Assembly (NCBI GenBank): GCA_004431415.1
Contig: QPMI01000656.1
Coordinates: 29,773-93,772, forward strand
Origin: Cyanophora paradoxa CCMP329
Lineage: Eukaryota > Plantae > Glaucophyta
Direction of reading: 5' to 3'
DNA length: 64,000 bases
Below the pieces are notes generated by a model, which did not search any database, was not told the DNA's origin, and saw only the letters and a list, made by a program, of their open reading frames with translations. This document shows, in pieces, positions 59,894-64,000 of the stretch (the first letter of the stretch is position 1; every line of letters starts with the position of its first letter). The translations under genes were made by a program, and so were the position numbers.

Positions 59894-62800
59894 TCAGTAC
59901 TGCCAGGGCAGCCGCTGCTGTCCAGGGCCGCCGCACCCCGGCCGGCGCCAGCCCCAAAGCCGCGGCCACCACGTGCTCCTCGTCCACCCTGCCGCCGGCG
60001 CCACGGCCTGGGAGTCCGCGCCCACCGCGGGGGGGCCATCCCGCCCCGGGCTCTCCCAGCAAAGCCGCCCCGGGGAGGTCGCCCCAGATGATGTCCACCC
60101 CACGGCCACCGCGGCCATTGGCTGCGCCCGCCCCGCCGCGGGCATCCCAGATGCCGGCTCCGCCGCGGGCTCCATGGGCTCCGCAGCCCCGCCGCGGCCT
60201 CCAGCGCCGCCTGCACCGCCCCAGTCGCCTCCGGGCCCTCCAAGTCCGCCACGGCCGCCCGCAGCCCCGCCGGGGCCCCGCCACGCGCTCCGCGGTAGGC
60301 AGCGTCCACATACAGTCCACCGCGCCCCTCCGCCCGACCCCCAGGTGCTTGCCCTCTGCAGCTGCCGGCTCGTCCCGGTTCCGCGGTCGAGGGGCTGGCA
60401 GTTGTGTCCCCCCGAGCTCGCCACGGTAGTTGAGCAGGGGCTGGTTGATGTTGTTGACGCTGGTGAGGAAGTGTGCCGCGCACATGAGGGCTTCGGACTG
60501 GGGGAGGGGGATGACACGTGCTGCCGGTAAGGATAATTATGTGAGATGGGGGGGGCTCGGGCGGAGGGGAGGTGGGGGGTACCACATCGTGGGTGACCTC
60601 GAGAATGATGACCTGTCTCCCCCGCGCGTCGTGGAGGTCGAGGGCTCCGGAGAGGGTGGGTGCGCCGTGAAGCCCATGCGCTCGCGCCTCGCCGCCCACT
60701 GTTCGTCATCTAGATCCAGCACACGGAGCTGGCGGCCACACCGGTGGAGTAACGCTCGGCGTCAACCATCGAGGCTTGGACACCCACCTCGATCTGCGGG
60801 AGGGAGGGGTAAGCGCAAGTAGGGGGGCTTTGCATGGGTAGGGGCGGACAGAGGTGGGGTACGGTCGGGTTGTCATGTACAGGACGCCGGCGGCCCGCAG
60901 GTCCATGATGAACTGCCGGTCCGGCACAAGCTGTGTGATGTCCAGCTGGCATTCGTTGCCGGGAAGGGGACATGCTCCTGGTTGGCGTCGGCGTGCCCAC
61001 AGCCGGCGTGGGCCCGGCAAAGATGAGGACTCCGTTGAGGACATGCTTGCGGTCGTTGTTCCAGCAGAAGTCCGGGTCCGGGTCTTGGAAGCGGGGAGGG
61101 TGATGAGGGCTGAGTTGTTGTCTGCGGCCAGGAGGTAGCCAACGTTTGCCTGCCAAGGGAGGGAGGGGAGAGTCAGAAGGGGGTAAGGTGGTAAGAGCAG
61201 GTGGCAGGTCGGACCAGGAAGTTCTGCGCGGCCTGTGCGTGCGACGCCGGGATCAGTAGCGGGCTGTCGGGCCGTTCGGGCACTTGACTGCCAGCTCGTT
61301 GTAGGCCACGACGACATCGTTGGCCTCGTACGCGTCGGGGTTGATGCCAGACGTGAGGGCGCGGAGCACTGTGTTCTTCATGAAGCTCGAGAGTGTCCCC
61401 CTCTCCATCTTGCGGCACCTAGCTCGGCTTCGATCGCAAAGAACTCGGTGCTGGACGCGGGGGCGTCAACGTGGATGCCGACTGAGAGCGGCCCTGTTGC
61501 GCCAAGCACGGCGAGCGTCGCGAGTTGCGGCGTGACCGGTGTAAGGAGCTGGGCTGCGCGCCGAGCCTCCGTGATGTTGGCATACTTGATTGCGATGCAC
61601 GGGCTGGACTCCTCGATCCGGTCGCCGCAGACCACGTGGCCGCAGCGGAGGGTCACAGCGCTCGTCGGCGGTGCTGGATTCTGGCAGCGGCGGGAGGGGT
61701 TGCGGAGTGCTGAGGGGTCCGGCACCCCGCCGATGCGGTGGTCCCGGATGCGGGCCCGGTCGGCTTGGTGTGCGGCGGCGATGCGGCCGGATCTCATTGA
61801 CCACCGCTCGATCTGGAGGCCTTCCCGTCGGCATGTGGACCGTGCAGAGGCCAGGATCTCGTCGCGGGTGTCTTGCGGGGCGTCTGGGGGGACGAGTCGC
61901 GAGGCCAGGCCGTCGCCGAAGAGGCCAGATAGACCTTTGCAGTGTTAGGTCGGGTCCCGTGGCTGCTGCTGCCGGCTGCCGCCGCCACACGCCTCCGCGT
62001 ACACGTTGCCGTCGCCTCCGGCCGGGGCTTGCCCATCGTTGTCGCCGCCGTCCTCCCCGTCCCAGTTGAGACGGCGTCCAGCACCGCCGGCCCAGTTTCC
62101 GCCGTCCCGTCCGCCTGGCCCGCCAGGCCCGTCGTTCCCGTCGCGTTGACCACCGTTGCGCGCAATGCGCTCGTCGTGCCGATCGCCGGCGCCGCGGGCC
62201 TGGCCGCCGTGTCCATCCCGTCCGCCGTGCCCGTTGCGGCCGCCGTGCTGGCCGGCGCGTTCACGTGCACCACCTACATGTACCCCCCCTGCGTCAGCGC
62301 TCTGGGCGCAGCCCGTGCATGGGGCGGTGTGGGGCCTACCCTGGCCACCCCCAGCATCGTCATCGGCGCCCTGTGCTCCGCCATGCTGGCCATCTCCATG
62401 CTGTACCCCCCCACCTCCAGCGCCACGGTCAGCATGCGCCTCTTCGATATCTCGGCCGTCTGCAGGGGCACCCACATGGTCGGCCCTCAGGCATTGGGCC
62501 CCAGCTTGCCAGGGCTCAGTGCGGTACTCACCGCGTTCTCGTGCATCCCCCATGTCGGCGTCACCCTCGGCGTCCCCTGCGTGGTGATCTTCGCCCTCGC
62601 CATCTGCGTGGGTGCCCGCCGCATTGGTGATCTGGGTGTCCCCCCCGCAGTATTCGGGGCAGTGCTCACGCTGGCCCATGCCGCCGTGTTCATCGTTGCG
62701 GTGTACCCCCCCCTCTCCAGCTCCACGGTCAGCGTCATCGTCTCGGTCGTCATCTCCTACGATAGTGCCCTCATGGTCAGTCCTTCTGATTGGAGGACGG

Positions 62801-64000
62801 TCGCTAGCACGGGGGCAGGGGCGGTGCGGACTCTCGTTCTCGTCGTCGGCGTCATTAGGGTCGACGTCGACGTCGTCGTCGGCATCGTTGCGGTTCCCGG
62901 CGCCCCCGTTCCGGTGTCCCCTGTGGCCCTCGTCGTCGCGTGTCGCCTCCAGGGTTCGCTCCTTGCCTCCGCCGGCCAGTCCGCCGTCGCCAGCTGCGCC
63001 TTGGCCTTGGTTTCCGTCACCCTCAGCTTGCCGGCTGCCTCGTTCGCCCCCCTCTTCGCGATCGCCACGGTCTTGGCCCCCGCCGCTGCGCCTGCCGCCG
63101 GGCGCCTGATCGTCGTCTCCCTGCTGAGCGTCCTCATATTCACTGTCCGAGTGCTGATCGCGGTGCTGCTGGCCGCGGTGGCGATGGCGCTCGGGTGACG
63201 GGGATGGCGGGCCCCGCCGGGGCCGGGGGGCGTTCTGCGGGGCGCCCTCGAGTTCGCCCTGGCGCCGGCGCCGCGCGCATTGGTTCTGGGCAACGCCATC
63301 GGCGGGTGGGTCGTGAGCGGGGCGCACGGGACTGGCGACCAGCGCCACTGGGGGGTCATCAGCTGGGCGGGCCCGGGCCTGTGATCGTTTGAGTGGGGCT
63401 GGGCGACTACAGCAGGGCAAGAGGGCGGCGGGGCTCACTGGCATGGGCGCCGGGATGGGTCTAGAGCTCGACGAGCTCGGGAGTGACGCCGCGGGCACCT
63501 GTGATGGCCCAGCGGCAGATGCGAAGTACTGGCGGAGGTCGTTACGCTGCGGTTTCGCTTTGTGAGGGCGACTGGGGGAGGTGCCAACCGGGTGCCGGGG
63601 AAGTAATGGGCGCACTGCTACGGGGCCGACGGCGCCAGCCTCGCCGGCGCCTTGTCCGCGGCGTGCTGGTTGGCTGCCACTACGTGCGCCGGGCCGGGCG
63701 GCGTCCGATTGGTCCGGATTCTGCACATGAAGGGAGGTATGAACGGGTGAATCGGTGGTTGCAGGCGGGAGCGTCAGGTTCCGGACCATTCGGGGGTTGC
63801 CATTTCGGTTTGGCGTGTCGCCCGGCCTGTATCCACGCATAGACTTCTCCGTGTGGCGGCGGGACGGGGTGGCCGGCTCTGCCGACTGCGGGCGTTGTCG
63901 CTTCGATCCCGGCCCGGTTTCCGGGCCACGGCCAGTTCGGGGGTCAGCCGCCGCGTTGGGGTCGTCGTTGCTGTCAGCATCGTCGTCAGGCGCCATCCGG
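59894..64000 (-). CDS. LINE ORF1-like protein (5'-truncated by the window): Gly/Asp-rich disordered region, degenerate RRM-like region, Gly-rich tail
   Basis: 683-aa open segment at 61945-63996. It continues through frameshifts to AKVYL(G)LF (RNP2-like) and CIAIKYANITEARRAAQLL (RNP1-like). Confidence 0.55.

Larger units (their letters stand above)
48731..64000 (-). mobile_element. giant non-LTR retrotransposon (APE-type LINE, >15 kb; 5' end outside the window)
   Basis: Poly(A) tail, ORF2 with APE/RT/RNase H, and an upstream co-oriented ORF1-like region. That ORF1 belongs to the same element is inferred. Confidence 0.9.

Noticed and set aside
61600-61700. C...CGHVVC read as a RING finger in ORF1
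   Set aside because: The full set of eight ligands is not present.
61943-61947. In-frame TAA in ORF1 suggesting stop-codon reassignment
   Set aside because: It is better explained by flanking 1-nt frameshifts, since the alternative frame gives the RNP2-like AKVYL. Nothing else in the window supports recoding.
61942-63198. 418-aa hydrophobic plus-strand ORF resembling a membrane protein
   Set aside because: It is the antisense shadow of the Gly/Asp-rich ORF1 (GAC/GGC read as GTC/GCC).

Overview
This is very GC-rich eukaryotic nuclear DNA, probably from an alga. One gene has a plastid-type N-terminal extension with Phe at position 2, which fits a glaucophyte such as Cyanophora, but the taxon is unverified. 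Bases 1-44.2 kb are gene-dense, with about 14 multi-exon genes: a CBM20 protein, three F-box/LRR-type proteins, an SDR, NAA40, a folate-receptor-like protein, a cNMP-binding protein, UVR-ApaG, a RING protein, a coiled-coil protein, a pre-SET/SET methyltransferase, a TPR protein and a hypothetical. They are split by short introns, many with GC donors, and several are arranged head-to-head. Bases 44.2-48.7 kb are a nest of MITEs and tandem repeats. From 48.7 kb to the window end lies a >15 kb minus-strand non-LTR retrotransposon. Its ~3,100-aa ORF2 reads APE - RT - RNase H - Zn knuckle - intact Ulp1/SENP (C48) protease - Zn finger. Two signals stand out. (1) This protease-carrying giant LINE. 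(2) A pervasive mutational signature in which a trinucleotide XYZ becomes XYZ-revcomp(XYZ)-XYZ (+6 nt); it is seen directly as insertions between paralogous repeat copies. Many frameshifts are 1-nt losses in homopolymers and are probably assembly errors. Exon boundaries were inferred by eye.
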